This document shows positions 19,551 to 28,849 of a DNA stretch of 64,000 nucleotides, in pieces. The stretch is from an uncultured bacterium. Its GTDB lineage: Bacteria; Eisenbacteria; RBG-16-71-46. Numbering within the stretch: position 1 is the first letter of the stretch; each line of letters opens with the position of its first letter. Position numbers and translations under genes: made by a program. The notes below the pieces were generated by a model. That model had not been told where the DNA came from. It saw only the letters and a list, made by a program, of their open reading frames with translations, and made no database searches. The stretch covers positions 95,049-159,048 of the forward strand of contig CAZZLY010000001.1 in NCBI GenBank assembly GCA_964655175.1, in the 5' to 3' direction.

Positions 19551-21528
19551 TCGCATCGGGGTCCTGCTCGGGGCCCTGATCCTCGCACTCGCCCTGCTGT
19601 TCCCCGGGATCGCGTCCGCACAGGGCGGCGGGGAACTGCCGGATCAGTTGCGCGTGATCGCGGGGGTGCGCTTCGAGGGCGTGCGACACCTGCGCGTCAA
19701 GGACCTGCGCGCGGCGAACCTCAAGACGCGCCGTCCGTCGCGTCTGCCGTGGGTGGGGCGCCCCTCGCTGCGGCTCGACTACCTGCGTGCCGACACGGCG
19801 ACGATCGTGGCGACCTATCGGCACTACGGTTTCCTCGATGCCCGCGCGAGCTGGCGGTTCGAGACCACGCGTGACCCCGAGGCCGTGCGCATCGTGTTCG
19901 TCGTCGACGAGGGCCCGAGGTCCCGCATCGCCTCGGTGGCGCTCGACGGCGTGACCGAGTTCCACGACCGCGAGCTGCGTCGCGTCCTGCTCGCGCGCGT
20001 GGGGGAGCCGTTCGACCCCGCGTTCCTACCGCTCGACACGCTGCGTCTGAGCTCGATGTACCAGGAGCGCGGACGTCGCCCGCACACGGCACCGACCGCG
20101 GCCCGCGGCGATTCGGATTCGACGCAGGTCGCGGTCCGCTACCTCATCACGGAGGGGCCCCGGTACCGCATCGGCCGCATCGACATCGAGAGCAACGGGT
20201 CGTTGCGTGAATCGCTCGCGCGGCGCGAACTCCTGTTCCACACCGGCGATCTGTATCGCCGCACCCGACTCGAGGAGTCGGTGCAGCGCCTCTACGACAC
20301 CGGGCTCTACAGTCAGGTGCAGGTCTCGACCGTGCCCGACACGACGGAGGCCACGTTGGGTCTGGCGCTGCGTGTCGCCGAACGGCGGCCGCGTTGGGTG
20401 GACCTGGGCATCGGATCGGGCACGGCCGAGCTGTTCCGATTCACCGGTGAGTGGGGACATCGCAACCTCGACACGCGCGCCCTGCGGGGGTCGCTCGCGG
20501 GCGAGTTGTCGATCGATCGCCAGCGGCGCGACGCCACCTCCGACGTCAAGGTGCTGCGCACGCGTACGCTGCGCACGAGCGCCAATCTGGTCGAGCCGTG
20601 GCTGTTGGGACTCCGGCTGCAGGGGCAGGCGTCCCTGTTCTACGAGCAGTCCAACGATGATCGCGATTTCCGTTTCCTGCACCGCCGCGACAGCCGTGGC
20701 GTCGAACTGGCGCTCGTGCGCGAGTTCTCGCGGTTGTTCCGCGGCAGCGTGACCGGTCACTTCGCGCAGGTGCATCAGAGCTACGACATCTTCCTGGACA
20801 CCGACGAGGCCACGCGCGATTCGCTGGCGCAGGTGCTGCCCAGCTACTTCGACAACGCGGTCGGGCTGGCGCTGACGCGTGACACCCGCGACGACCGGGT
20901 CACCCCCAATCGGGGTTCGATCCAGACGCTGCTCGGCGAGGTCGCGGGTGGTCCGCTGCGTGGGGCGAGCAGCTACCAGAAGATCCAATTCGTCTCGAGC
21001 TGGTACAGCCCGCGGTCCAACGGCACGCAGTGGGCGTTCCGTTTCATGGGCGGCGTCATGTCGCCGGTCGGCACGCCGTCGGAGGCGTTCTCGCCCGGTG
21101 CGGTGGACGCGCAGGTGGCGCGCGTCCCCAAGGAACGTCGGTTCTTCGTGGGCGGCGTGAACAGTCTGCGCGGCTTCGGTGAGAACTCGATCACCGGTGA
21201 CGGTGGTCTCGCGATGCTGCTCGCGAACCTCGAATGGCGCATCCCCTTGCGCGGCCCGCTCGGCCTCGAGGCGTTCGTCGACGCCGGTAACGTCTGGTCG
21301 CGGCCGACGCAGGTGCGGCTCTCGAACTTCGTCGCCCCGTGGGACGCGCGTCGTGGGCGCCCCGGCGATCTGCGCTACAGCTACGGTGTCGGTGCGCGAT
21401 TCATGCTGCCGTTCGGACCGCTGCGCATGGATCTCGCGTGGAGCCAGCACCCCGAGTTCTCGAGCGGCAAGGTGTTCGGCCGCCGCCAGCCGTTCGTGTA
21501 CCAGTTCGCCATCGGCCCGAGCTTCTGA
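19495..21528 (+). CDS. bamA: Outer membrane protein assembly factor BamA (POTRA repeats + Omp85 barrel); alternative TTG start at 19531
   Basis: Signal peptide …LLFPGIASAQ, POTRA-like repeats, C-terminal …FFVGGVNSLRGFGENSI…AIGPSF Omp85 signature ending in F. Confidence 0.85.
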   Translation: MRSSRPPGRAPRLRHRPTDRIGVLLGALILALALLFPGIASAQGGGELPDQLRVIAGVRFEGVRHLRVKDLRAANLKTRRPSRLPWVGRPSLRLDYLRADTATIVATYRHYGFLDARASWRFETTRDPEAVRIVFVVDEGPRSRIASVALDGVTEFHDRELRRVLLARVGEPFDPAFLPLDTLRLSSMYQERGRRPHTAPTAARGDSDSTQVAVRYLITEGPRYRIGRIDIESNGSLRESLARRELLFHTGDLYRRTRLEESVQRLYDTGLYSQVQVSTVPDTTEATLGLALRVAERRPRWVDLGIGSGTAELFRFTGEWGHRNLDTRALRGSLAGELSIDRQRRDATSDVKVLRTRTLRTSANLVEPWLLGLRLQGQASLFYEQSNDDRDFRFLHRRDSRGVELALVREFSRLFRGSVTGHFAQVHQSYDIFLDTDEATRDSLAQVLPSYFDNAVGLALTRDTRDDRVTPNRGSIQTLLGEVAGGPLRGASSYQKIQFVSSWYSPRSNGTQWAFRFMGGVMSPVGTPSEAFSPGAVDAQVARVPKERRFFVGGVNSLRGFGENSITGDGGLAMLLANLEWRIPLRGPLGLEAFVDAGNVWSRPTQVRLSNFVAPWDARRGRPGDLRYSYGVGARFMLPFGPLRMDLAWSQHPEFSSGKVFGRRQPFVYQFAIGPSF

Positions 21529-21529
21529 C

Positions 21530-24500
21530 ATGAGCGACGACACCCCGACCCCGACCCCGAACCCGAATCCGAACCCGGATCCCGCGCCGAACGACGAGCC
21601 CCACGGGGTCGTCGAGACGTTGCGCGAGGAGATCACGGAGGCGGTCGAACACGTCCCGCAGCCCATTCGCTGGACGGTCGGGAAGTTGTTCCGACTCGCG
21701 GGACTCATCACCGCCGGTGTGCTCCTGCTGGCGCTCGTGAGCACGGTCCTGTACTTCATGAACCGCACCGAGCTCGTGGCGCGCGAGATCACGCTGCTGC
21801 TCAATCGCACGCTCAAGGATCACAGCGACGTCGTGCTCGACCTGCGGGACATCCGCGGCAACCCGTTCACGGGCTTCCGTGCGATCGAGCCGCGCGTGCG
21901 GTTCACCGATGGCTCGCCGCTGCTGGCCGCGACCGAGATGCGGGTCAACTACTCGGCGTGGAGCCTGATCACCGGGGGCGACGGCAGCCTCGAGGTCGTG
22001 CTCGAGCGACCCCGCGTGCAGCTTCGCGGCCCGGACGGGGGCTGGCGTCTGCCCAGCTGGCATGGCGCCGAGCGTGCGCCCTCGGCGCAGCCCGCCCGTG
22101 CGCTGCAGGTGCGTCTGCACGTGCGCGGGGCGGAACTCATCGCGCCCTCGCCCTGCGACACGGTGCGCGGGGTGGAGTTCGACGTCATCGCCAACACGGG
22201 CAGTGAGACGCGGATCAGCCTGCAGCACATGCGTTATCAGCAGGGTCCGTGGCACACCCGGCTGCAGGAGTTGAACGCCGATCTGGTCGCCGATCGCAAG
22301 GGCGTGCGCCTGCGGGTCGGGGAACTGCGCACGGGGGACGTCGAGTTGCGCGCCGAGGCCTCGTGGGCCCATGCCGATTCGATCAAGCACGTCCACCTGA
22401 CCCTGGGGCGGGTCCGTTTCGCGTGGCTCGCCGAGGTGTTCGACAACAAGACCTTCGCCGTGCCGGGCGAGGGCGCGTTCGTGGTCGACGCGAAGGGCGA
22501 CGAGGACTGGACCGGTCGCTTCCGCACGACGCTCTCGTGGGACGGTCTGCCCGCCGAGGGGTCGGGGCTCGCGTCGTGGGCGCACGGCGAGCTGCGGCTG
22601 GATTCGCTGCTGGCGCGGTCCGATGCCGGCGACGTGCGTGGTTCGCTGCGCTGGGCCGAGTCGGGGTGGGAGATCCGGGCCGCGGTCGAGGACGCCGATC
22701 CCTCGGATTGGCACCTCCTGCATCTCGACGGTTGGCCGGCCGGCAGTCTGAACGGGCAGGTGCGTTACACCGAGGACACGCGCGTGAAGGATCGTGCGGT
22801 GGGTCTGCTCGTGGCCGAACTCGGACCGTCCGAACTCATGGGTTGGCGCGTGGACAGTGCCATGGTGCGCGTGGACCTGCCGCCCTCGAAGGCCGATTCG
22901 TTCCAGGTCGTGGGGCTGCGGCGAGGCGGGCGCTTCACGTTGCGCGGTGGCAGCCATGCCAAGGGCTGGGGTGGTGTCTACACGATCCGCGAACTGCCTC
23001 TCGAGGAGTGGCCGGACGGTCGTGCGACCGGGCTCACGGGCATGCTCGAGCGCGGCGAGGGCACGATCGAGGACCGCGACGGGCAGCTGCGCGTCACCGG
23101 CGATCTCGAGGGCCGTGGGACGCATTGGGCGTCGGCGTCGTTCGCGCGTTGGTCGCTGGCGAACCTCGAGGGGCGCATGTTGCCGACCCCCGATCTCGCG
23201 GCCGATGCCTCGGTCGAGGACGGGTTCTTCACCGGGCTCCATCTCGATCGCGCGTCCGGTCCCATCGTGCTCGGCGAGCAGCTCGTGCGTTTCGAGCCGC
23301 TCACCGTCGAGGCCGGGGACACCACCGTGGTGCTGCGCGGCGTGGCGACCTACGACGAGAAGAACTGGGCCATGACGCTGAGCCACGCCGAACTCTCGAG
23401 CCGGCAGTTCCATTTCGTGGCCGATCCGCCGCTGCGTCTGGCCGGCGATGCGCAGGGGACGATCATGGAGCGCGTCATCGCCGAGGACCGTGGCGCCCGC
23501 ATCGAGGCCCACGGGCGCTGGGCGGCTCCCGGCGGTCCCTACGACTTCCGCTTCACCGGGCGCGGGCTCGATCTATCGCGCGTCGGCATGGATCCGGAAC
23601 TCGGCCTCGGCGGACGGGCCGACGTGGACCTGACCGTGACCGGGCGTTCGGGGCGTCCCGATTGGCGTTTCGAGGCCCGCACGCACGCGCCCGCGTTCGG
23701 GGGGCACGTCGCGGACTCCCTGGCGCTGACGCTGCACGGCGGGCCGCATCGTCTGGAGCTCGAGGATGGCGTGTTCCGTCTGGGCCGGGGGACCGTACGT
23801 GCCTCGTTGCTCGTGGACCGCGCGGGCCACGCGTTCCCGGACTCGCTCTCGCCGACCGCGGTCGTGCGTTGGTTGCAGGACGCGGGGGAATGGCGGGGGC
23901 AGGCGACCGCGGATGCCCTGCCGCTCGGCCGCATCACCGGGATCGTGGCCGAGGCGAAGGGCTGGGATGGGAACCTGTTCGGTTCGATCGCGTTGTCCGG
24001 GCGACCGTCGGCCCCGATCGTCGAGGTGCGCACCCAGGCCGATCAGTTCGGCTGGCGCGACATCCGCACCGATTACCTGACCGTGAAGGCGCACTACGAG
24101 GACGGGCGGCTCGAGGTGCAGGACGCCCGTGCGCGCATGCGTGACGTGGAGTCGCGCGCGAACCTGTCGGTGCCGCTGCGGATCGCGCTCGGTCGCGAGA
24201 CGGTCGTGCCCGATGAGCCGCTGCGGGGGCGTGTCGACATCCCGTCGGGCGATCTCAAGGTGCTGCCCATGATGGTGCCGCAGCTGCAGTACGCGCGCGG
24301 ACGCTTCGAGCTCGCGGCCGAAGTGGGGGGCACGGCACGGGCCCCCCGGCTCGCCGGCAAGGGACGCATCCGGGACGGCGTCGTGCGGCCGGTCAATCGC
24401 AGCGAGGTCATCGAGGGGCTGTACGCCGATCTGCACTTCGATCAGGACCGCATCACGCTCGACACGCTCTCGGCGCGTCAGGGGCGCACCGGTCGGCTGT

Positions 24501-25582
24501 GGTCGCGCGGGGTCGTCAACCTCGAGGGCGCGCTGCCGCGCAACTACCGCTTCGATCTCGGTATGCGCAACTTCGCCGCGTCCGAGGAGGGCATGTACGC
24601 CGTGCTCTTCGATGGCGACTTCGTGGTGAGCGACGGTCCCAAGCTGGCCGGCGAGCCGGCGCCTTACGTGACCGGGCGCGCCCGGCTCAAGAAGGGCGTC
24701 GTCGAGTTCGACTTCGCCAACCAGAGCGAGGTTCAGCGTCGCGCCGCCACGACGCAGCCGCTGTTCTGGACCTATCGCATCAAGGCCGATGCCAAGAGCA
24801 ACATGCGCTGGCGCACGCAGGATGCCGACATGGAGTTCGACTGCGACGTCGATCTGCAGCAGACGGCCGACTCGCTGCTCATCTACGGCGAGATGCACCT
24901 GCTGCGCGGGCAGTACTGGTTCCTGGGCAGTCGCTTCCGCATGTCGCGGGCCGACCTCGTGTTCGACAACCAGCAGGGGGTCGATCCGCTCGTGGACATC
25001 GCGGCCGAGACGCGCCTGCCGTCGGCGCCGGGCGCGCCGCTCGAGACGATCACCGCCCAGCTCACGGGACGGGCGAGCAAGCCGGTCATCCTGCTCACGA
25101 GTTCCGCCAACTCGGACCAGCGGACCATCCTCGCGGCCATCACGCGCGGTGCGGTCACCGACGAGCAGGATCGCGTCTCCGTCTCGAGTCCGCTCGACAA
25201 CTACGTCACCCGGCAGCTCAACGCGCAGCTGAGCGCCAGCCTGTCGCAGTTCTTCCGCGGTGCCATCGACGAGTGGGAGCTGCGCCGCGATCGCGGTGGC
25301 CTGCTCACCGGCGAGGGCGGCATCGTCGTCGGAGTGGGTTCGCAGGTCACCAACAACCTCGCGTTCCGGTACCGGCAGCGACTGCCCATGAACGAGCGCC
25401 CGGTCAATTACGGGCGTGTCGATCCGACCGACCTGTTCGACCAGAACATCGAGGCGGAGTACCGCCTCAATCGCTTCATCTACTTCACGAGCGGTGTCTC
25501 GCGGCGACACATCGGGCAGGGTGGGCCGACGCCCATCAACACCGATTACAACGTCAATCTCAAGGCGCGCTGGGAGTACTGA
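21530..25582 (+). CDS. tamB: TamB-like translocation and assembly module protein (AsmA-like, DUF490 C-terminus), ~1350 aa
   Basis: N-terminal TM anchor (…LAGLITAGVLLLALVSTVLYF…), long beta-rich body, C-terminal DUF490-like …FIYFTSGVSRRHIGQG…NLKARWEY; ATG at 21530 immediately after bamA stop (N-terminal 117 aa of listed ORF 21179.. is out-of-gene overlap). Confidence 0.8.
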   Translation: MSDDTPTPTPNPNPNPDPAPNDEPHGVVETLREEITEAVEHVPQPIRWTVGKLFRLAGLITAGVLLLALVSTVLYFMNRTELVAREITLLLNRTLKDHSDVVLDLRDIRGNPFTGFRAIEPRVRFTDGSPLLAATEMRVNYSAWSLITGGDGSLEVVLERPRVQLRGPDGGWRLPSWHGAERAPSAQPARALQVRLHVRGAELIAPSPCDTVRGVEFDVIANTGSETRISLQHMRYQQGPWHTRLQELNADLVADRKGVRLRVGELRTGDVELRAEASWAHADSIKHVHLTLGRVRFAWLAEVFDNKTFAVPGEGAFVVDAKGDEDWTGRFRTTLSWDGLPAEGSGLASWAHGELRLDSLLARSDAGDVRGSLRWAESGWEIRAAVEDADPSDWHLLHLDGWPAGSLNGQVRYTEDTRVKDRAVGLLVAELGPSELMGWRVDSAMVRVDLPPSKADSFQVVGLRRGGRFTLRGGSHAKGWGGVYTIRELPLEEWPDGRATGLTGMLERGEGTIEDRDGQLRVTGDLEGRGTHWASASFARWSLANLEGRMLPTPDLAADASVEDGFFTGLHLDRASGPIVLGEQLVRFEPLTVEAGDTTVVLRGVATYDEKNWAMTLSHAELSSRQFHFVADPPLRLAGDAQGTIMERVIAEDRGARIEAHGRWAAPGGPYDFRFTGRGLDLSRVGMDPELGLGGRADVDLTVTGRSGRPDWRFEARTHAPAFGGHVADSLALTLHGGPHRLELEDGVFRLGRGTVRASLLVDRAGHAFPDSLSPTAVVRWLQDAGEWRGQATADALPLGRITGIVAEAKGWDGNLFGSIALSGRPSAPIVEVRTQADQFGWRDIRTDYLTVKAHYEDGRLEVQDARARMRDVESRANLSVPLRIALGRETVVPDEPLRGRVDIPSGDLKVLPMMVPQLQYARGRFELAAEVGGTARAPRLAGKGRIRDGVVRPVNRSEVIEGLYADLHFDQDRITLDTLSARQGRTGRLWSRGVVNLEGALPRNYRFDLGMRNFAASEEGMYAVLFDGDFVVSDGPKLAGEPAPYVTGRARLKKGVVEFDFANQSEVQRRAATTQPLFWTYRIKADAKSNMRWRTQDADMEFDCDVDLQQTADSLLIYGEMHLLRGQYWFLGSRFRMSRADLVFDNQQGVDPLVDIAAETRLPSAPGAPLETITAQLTGRASKPVILLTSSANSDQRTILAAITRGAVTDEQDRVSVSSPLDNYVTRQLNAQLSASLSQFFRGAIDEWELRRDRGGLLTGEGGIVVGVGSQVTNNLAFRYRQRLPMNERPVNYGRVDPTDLFDQNIEAEYRLNRFIYFTSGVSRRHIGQGGPTPINTDYNVNLKARWEY

Positions 25583-25673
25583 GTCGGGGACAGCGGGAAC
25601 GACCGCCACCTCGACGGTGTAGACTGGTGGAGTCGCGAGGGTCGTGGTGGACCGGGAAGAAAGGACCTGCGGG

Positions 25674-28600
25674 ATGTCACGTCGAGGGTGGAGCGCCATG
25701 CGGTTGGTGGGGGCGCTGCTGTGCTCGTGTCTGGCGACGGTCGCCCATGCCCAGTACTTCGGCCAGAACAAGGTCCAGTACCGGGACCACGACTGGAAGA
25801 CGATCCGCTCGGATCACTTCGAGGTGTTCTTCGACGCCGGTGCCGACAGTCTGGCCATGCGCACGCTGGATCTGTCCGAGAAGACCCAGGCGCTGTTCCA
25901 GACCCGCACCGGGCACCGCCTCAGCAAGCGCATCCCGATCATCCTGTACGCCTCGCACCAGGAGTTCGCGCAGACCAACATCACCAGCGAACTCATCGAT
26001 GGCTCCACGGGCGGCTTCACGGAGGCCCTGCGCGACCGGGTCGTGGTGCCGTTCTCGGGATCCTACGAGGACTTCCGCCACGTCCTCGTGCACGAACTCG
26101 TGCACGCGTTCCAGTTCGACATCTTCTACAACTCCCCCGGGGTCTCGCTGCTCTCGGGGCAGGGCTTGTTCGGGGTGCCGCTCTGGTTCGCCGAGGGCAT
26201 GGCCGAGTACTTCTCGCTCGGCATGGAGCCGAACGCCGAGATGTACGTGCGCGATGGCACCCTGACGGGGTATCTGCCGCCGCTCGAGTACGCGGGCGGT
26301 TACCTCGTCTACAAGATGGGCCAGTCCGCCCTCCAGCACCTGATCGAACGCTATGGCGAGGACCGCTTCCGCGAGGTGCTCAAGCGCGTGCGGCAGCAGC
26401 GCAACTTCGAGCGCGCCTTCCAGCGCACCTATGGCATGTCGACGCGGCGCTTCGACGAGCAGTGGCGCGAACACCTGCGCAAGACCTATTGGCCCACGGT
26501 GGCGCACCTCGACCACCCGGAGCGGTTCGCACGCCGGCTCACCGATCATCGTCGGGACGAGAGCGTGCTCAACTTCTGGCCCTCGATCTCGCCGGACGGC
26601 GACCGCGTCGCCTACTTCAGCGATCGCCGGCAGTACAACGACGTGTACGTGATGTCGGCCTTCGACGGCCGGGTGCTCAAGCGCGTCCTGCGTGCCGAGC
26701 GCAACGTCATGTTCGAGGCCATCCCGCTGCTGCGCACCTCGATCGCATGGTCGCCCGAGGGCGATCGTCTGGCGCTCGTGGCCTCGAGCGGGGGACGGGA
26801 CCGCCTCTACGTGGTGGACGCCGACGATGGTCGTCTGCTCCAGCAGTTCGAGATCCCGGCGTCCGAACTGTCGTTCCCGGCCTGGTCGCCGGTGTCGGAC
26901 TCCATCGTCGTGTCGGGCCTTTCGGGCGGGCGCTCCGACCTGTATCTGGTGGATGCCAAGACGAGCCGGGTCGAGCGGCTGACGAACGACGCCTGGGACG
27001 AGAAGGAACCCACGTGGTCGCCGGACGGCCGCCAGCTGGCGTTCGCCTCGGATCGGCTGGCCCCGGTGGTGCTGGAACCCCTCAAGCGCCGCGACGGGTT
27101 CGGACGCTACGGTCTGTATTCGATGGACGTGGCCTCGCGCGAGATCCACTTCATCCTCGACACCTTCGGGGAGGACCACGCGCCGGCGTGGTCGCCGGAT
27201 GGCCGCAAGTTGGCGTTCATCACCGACGCGTCGGGCGCCTCGAACCTCGCGCTCTACGACCTCGACGACAGCACGATCACGCAGCTGACCGACCTGACCG
27301 GCGGCGTCATGTCGCTGTCGTGGTCGCGGCGCAACGACCGGCTCGTGTTCGCGGCCTTCGATCGCGGCGGCTACGACCTGTTCGCGGTGCAGGAGCCGCT
27401 CACCTCCTCGAGCATGCTGCAGCGCCTCAAGCAGCACGTTCCCATGGCCGTGACCCCGCTCGCCGTCGCGCCGCTCGAGGTCGAACGGGTCGCCCACGAG
27501 GCTCGCGGTCGCGGGGCGCTCCTGGGTAATTGGCCCGATTCGACCACCACGCCGGACACGACCACCGCGATGGGCGGGCGTCGAGGACGCGCCGGGCGCG
27601 GCGCGGATCCGATGCTGGGCGAGATGCCGCTGTGGGGCTCGCGCGGCGGCTATCCGCAGCCCCTCGCCGACGTGGGTGCGGACACGGCGCGTGCGGCGGA
27701 GCCCGTGCTCACGCCCCTGCTCGATCGCGGGGGCGCGTTCGCGCTCTCGGATTCCGTCCTCGGACAGGAGCCGCGGCCCTACCGGTGGAGGCTCGCGCCC
27801 GAAGCGGTGCAGGTCGGCGCGATCGCCGCGAGCAGCTTCGGATTCGCGGGTTCGACGCAGTTGGTGTTCAGCGATTTCCTGGGTGACCACAGCCTGTATC
27901 TGGCCGGCGACGTGTTCTCCAACTCGATCTCCGACGCCAACGTGATCGGCATCTACAGTGTGCTGCCTCGCCGCACCGACTGGAGCGTGGGCGCGTTCCA
28001 CCTCAAGAACTACTACCAGTCGCGCGTCACCACGCTCGGCGAGCAGCTCTCGGGCGCCAAGCTGTTCTCGGAGCGGTCCTTCGGCGCGCTCGGGGGCCTG
28101 AGCCATCCGTTCGATCGCTTCCGTCGCGTCGAGATGCAGTTCACGCAGATGTTCGTGGACCTGCAGTTCTACGAGGAGCGTCCGAACGGCGATTTCGTGC
28201 GCACGACGCGCGACTATCGGGCCGTGTCGTCCCCGTCCGTGTCGCTGGTCGGTGACAACTCCCTCTTCGGCGAGTTCGGCCCCGTCAACGGGGGCCGTTG
28301 GAACCTCACGTACAGCCCGGCGTTCGCGCTGTTCCCCAAGAGCCTCGCGTACCACACGGTCACGTTCGACCGCCGCCGCTACGTCGATCTGACGCACGGT
28401 TACTCGCTCGGCGTGCGGACCTTGGCGGGGGTGAGCACGGGCCGTGACGCGCAGGCCTTCCGCGTGGGCGGGTACTCGACGATCCGGGGGTACCGCGATT
28501 TCGACCTCATCGGGACGCGCCTGCTCATGGGCAACGTCGAGCTTCGCTTCCCGTTCATCGACCAGCTGGGCATCGTGGGCCCGCTGCCGCTCGGCACGCT

Positions 28601-28835
28601 GCGTCTGCGTGGCGCGCTGTTCGCGGATCTCGGGGCGATCTGGGACCGCGGGGAGAGTCCGAGGTTCTGGGTGAATCGCAACGGCCGCCGTCTGCAGGAC
28701 CCGTACTTCAGCTTCGGCACCGGCATCCGCTCGTGGTTGTTCGGCCTGCCCATGAAGCTCGACGTCGCCTGGGCGAGCGACCTGCAGGATGCGCGCCGTC
28801 CGCGCTGGCACTTCAGCATCGGACCCGAGTTCTAG
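25674..28835 (+). CDS. Omp85-family outer membrane protein with N-terminal gluzincin (peptidase MA-like, HExxH…E) domain and PD40/TolB-type beta-propeller repeats
   Basis: Signal peptide (…CLATVAHAQ); HVLVHELVHAFQFD…LWFAEGMAEYFS (HExxH + downstream E); repeated …SPDGxxxAF/…WSPDG… PD40 motifs; C-terminus …GGYSTIRGYRDFDLIGTRLLMGNVELRFPF…WHFSIGPEF matches bacterial surface antigen (D15) barrel. Confidence 0.7.
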   Translation: MSRRGWSAMRLVGALLCSCLATVAHAQYFGQNKVQYRDHDWKTIRSDHFEVFFDAGADSLAMRTLDLSEKTQALFQTRTGHRLSKRIPIILYASHQEFAQTNITSELIDGSTGGFTEALRDRVVVPFSGSYEDFRHVLVHELVHAFQFDIFYNSPGVSLLSGQGLFGVPLWFAEGMAEYFSLGMEPNAEMYVRDGTLTGYLPPLEYAGGYLVYKMGQSALQHLIERYGEDRFREVLKRVRQQRNFERAFQRTYGMSTRRFDEQWREHLRKTYWPTVAHLDHPERFARRLTDHRRDESVLNFWPSISPDGDRVAYFSDRRQYNDVYVMSAFDGRVLKRVLRAERNVMFEAIPLLRTSIAWSPEGDRLALVASSGGRDRLYVVDADDGRLLQQFEIPASELSFPAWSPVSDSIVVSGLSGGRSDLYLVDAKTSRVERLTNDAWDEKEPTWSPDGRQLAFASDRLAPVVLEPLKRRDGFGRYGLYSMDVASREIHFILDTFGEDHAPAWSPDGRKLAFITDASGASNLALYDLDDSTITQLTDLTGGVMSLSWSRRNDRLVFAAFDRGGYDLFAVQEPLTSSSMLQRLKQHVPMAVTPLAVAPLEVERVAHEARGRGALLGNWPDSTTTPDTTTAMGGRRGRAGRGADPMLGEMPLWGSRGGYPQPLADVGADTARAAEPVLTPLLDRGGAFALSDSVLGQEPRPYRWRLAPEAVQVGAIAASSFGFAGSTQLVFSDFLGDHSLYLAGDVFSNSISDANVIGIYSVLPRRTDWSVGAFHLKNYYQSRVTTLGEQLSGAKLFSERSFGALGGLSHPFDRFRRVEMQFTQMFVDLQFYEERPNGDFVRTTRDYRAVSSPSVSLVGDNSLFGEFGPVNGGRWNLTYSPAFALFPKSLAYHTVTFDRRRYVDLTHGYSLGVRTLAGVSTGRDAQAFRVGGYSTIRGYRDFDLIGTRLLMGNVELRFPFIDQLGIVGPLPLGTLRLRGALFADLGAIWDRGESPRFWVNRNGRRLQDPYFSFGTGIRSWLFGLPMKLDVAWASDLQDARRPRWHFSIGPEF

Positions 28836-28849
28836 GAGGTCGCGAGCGC

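Noticed and set aside
21179-21529. N-terminal extension of the tamB ORF overlapping bamA
   Set aside because: The extension lies inside bamA coding sequence in another frame; the real tamB begins at ATG 21530 with a hydrophobic anchor shortly after.
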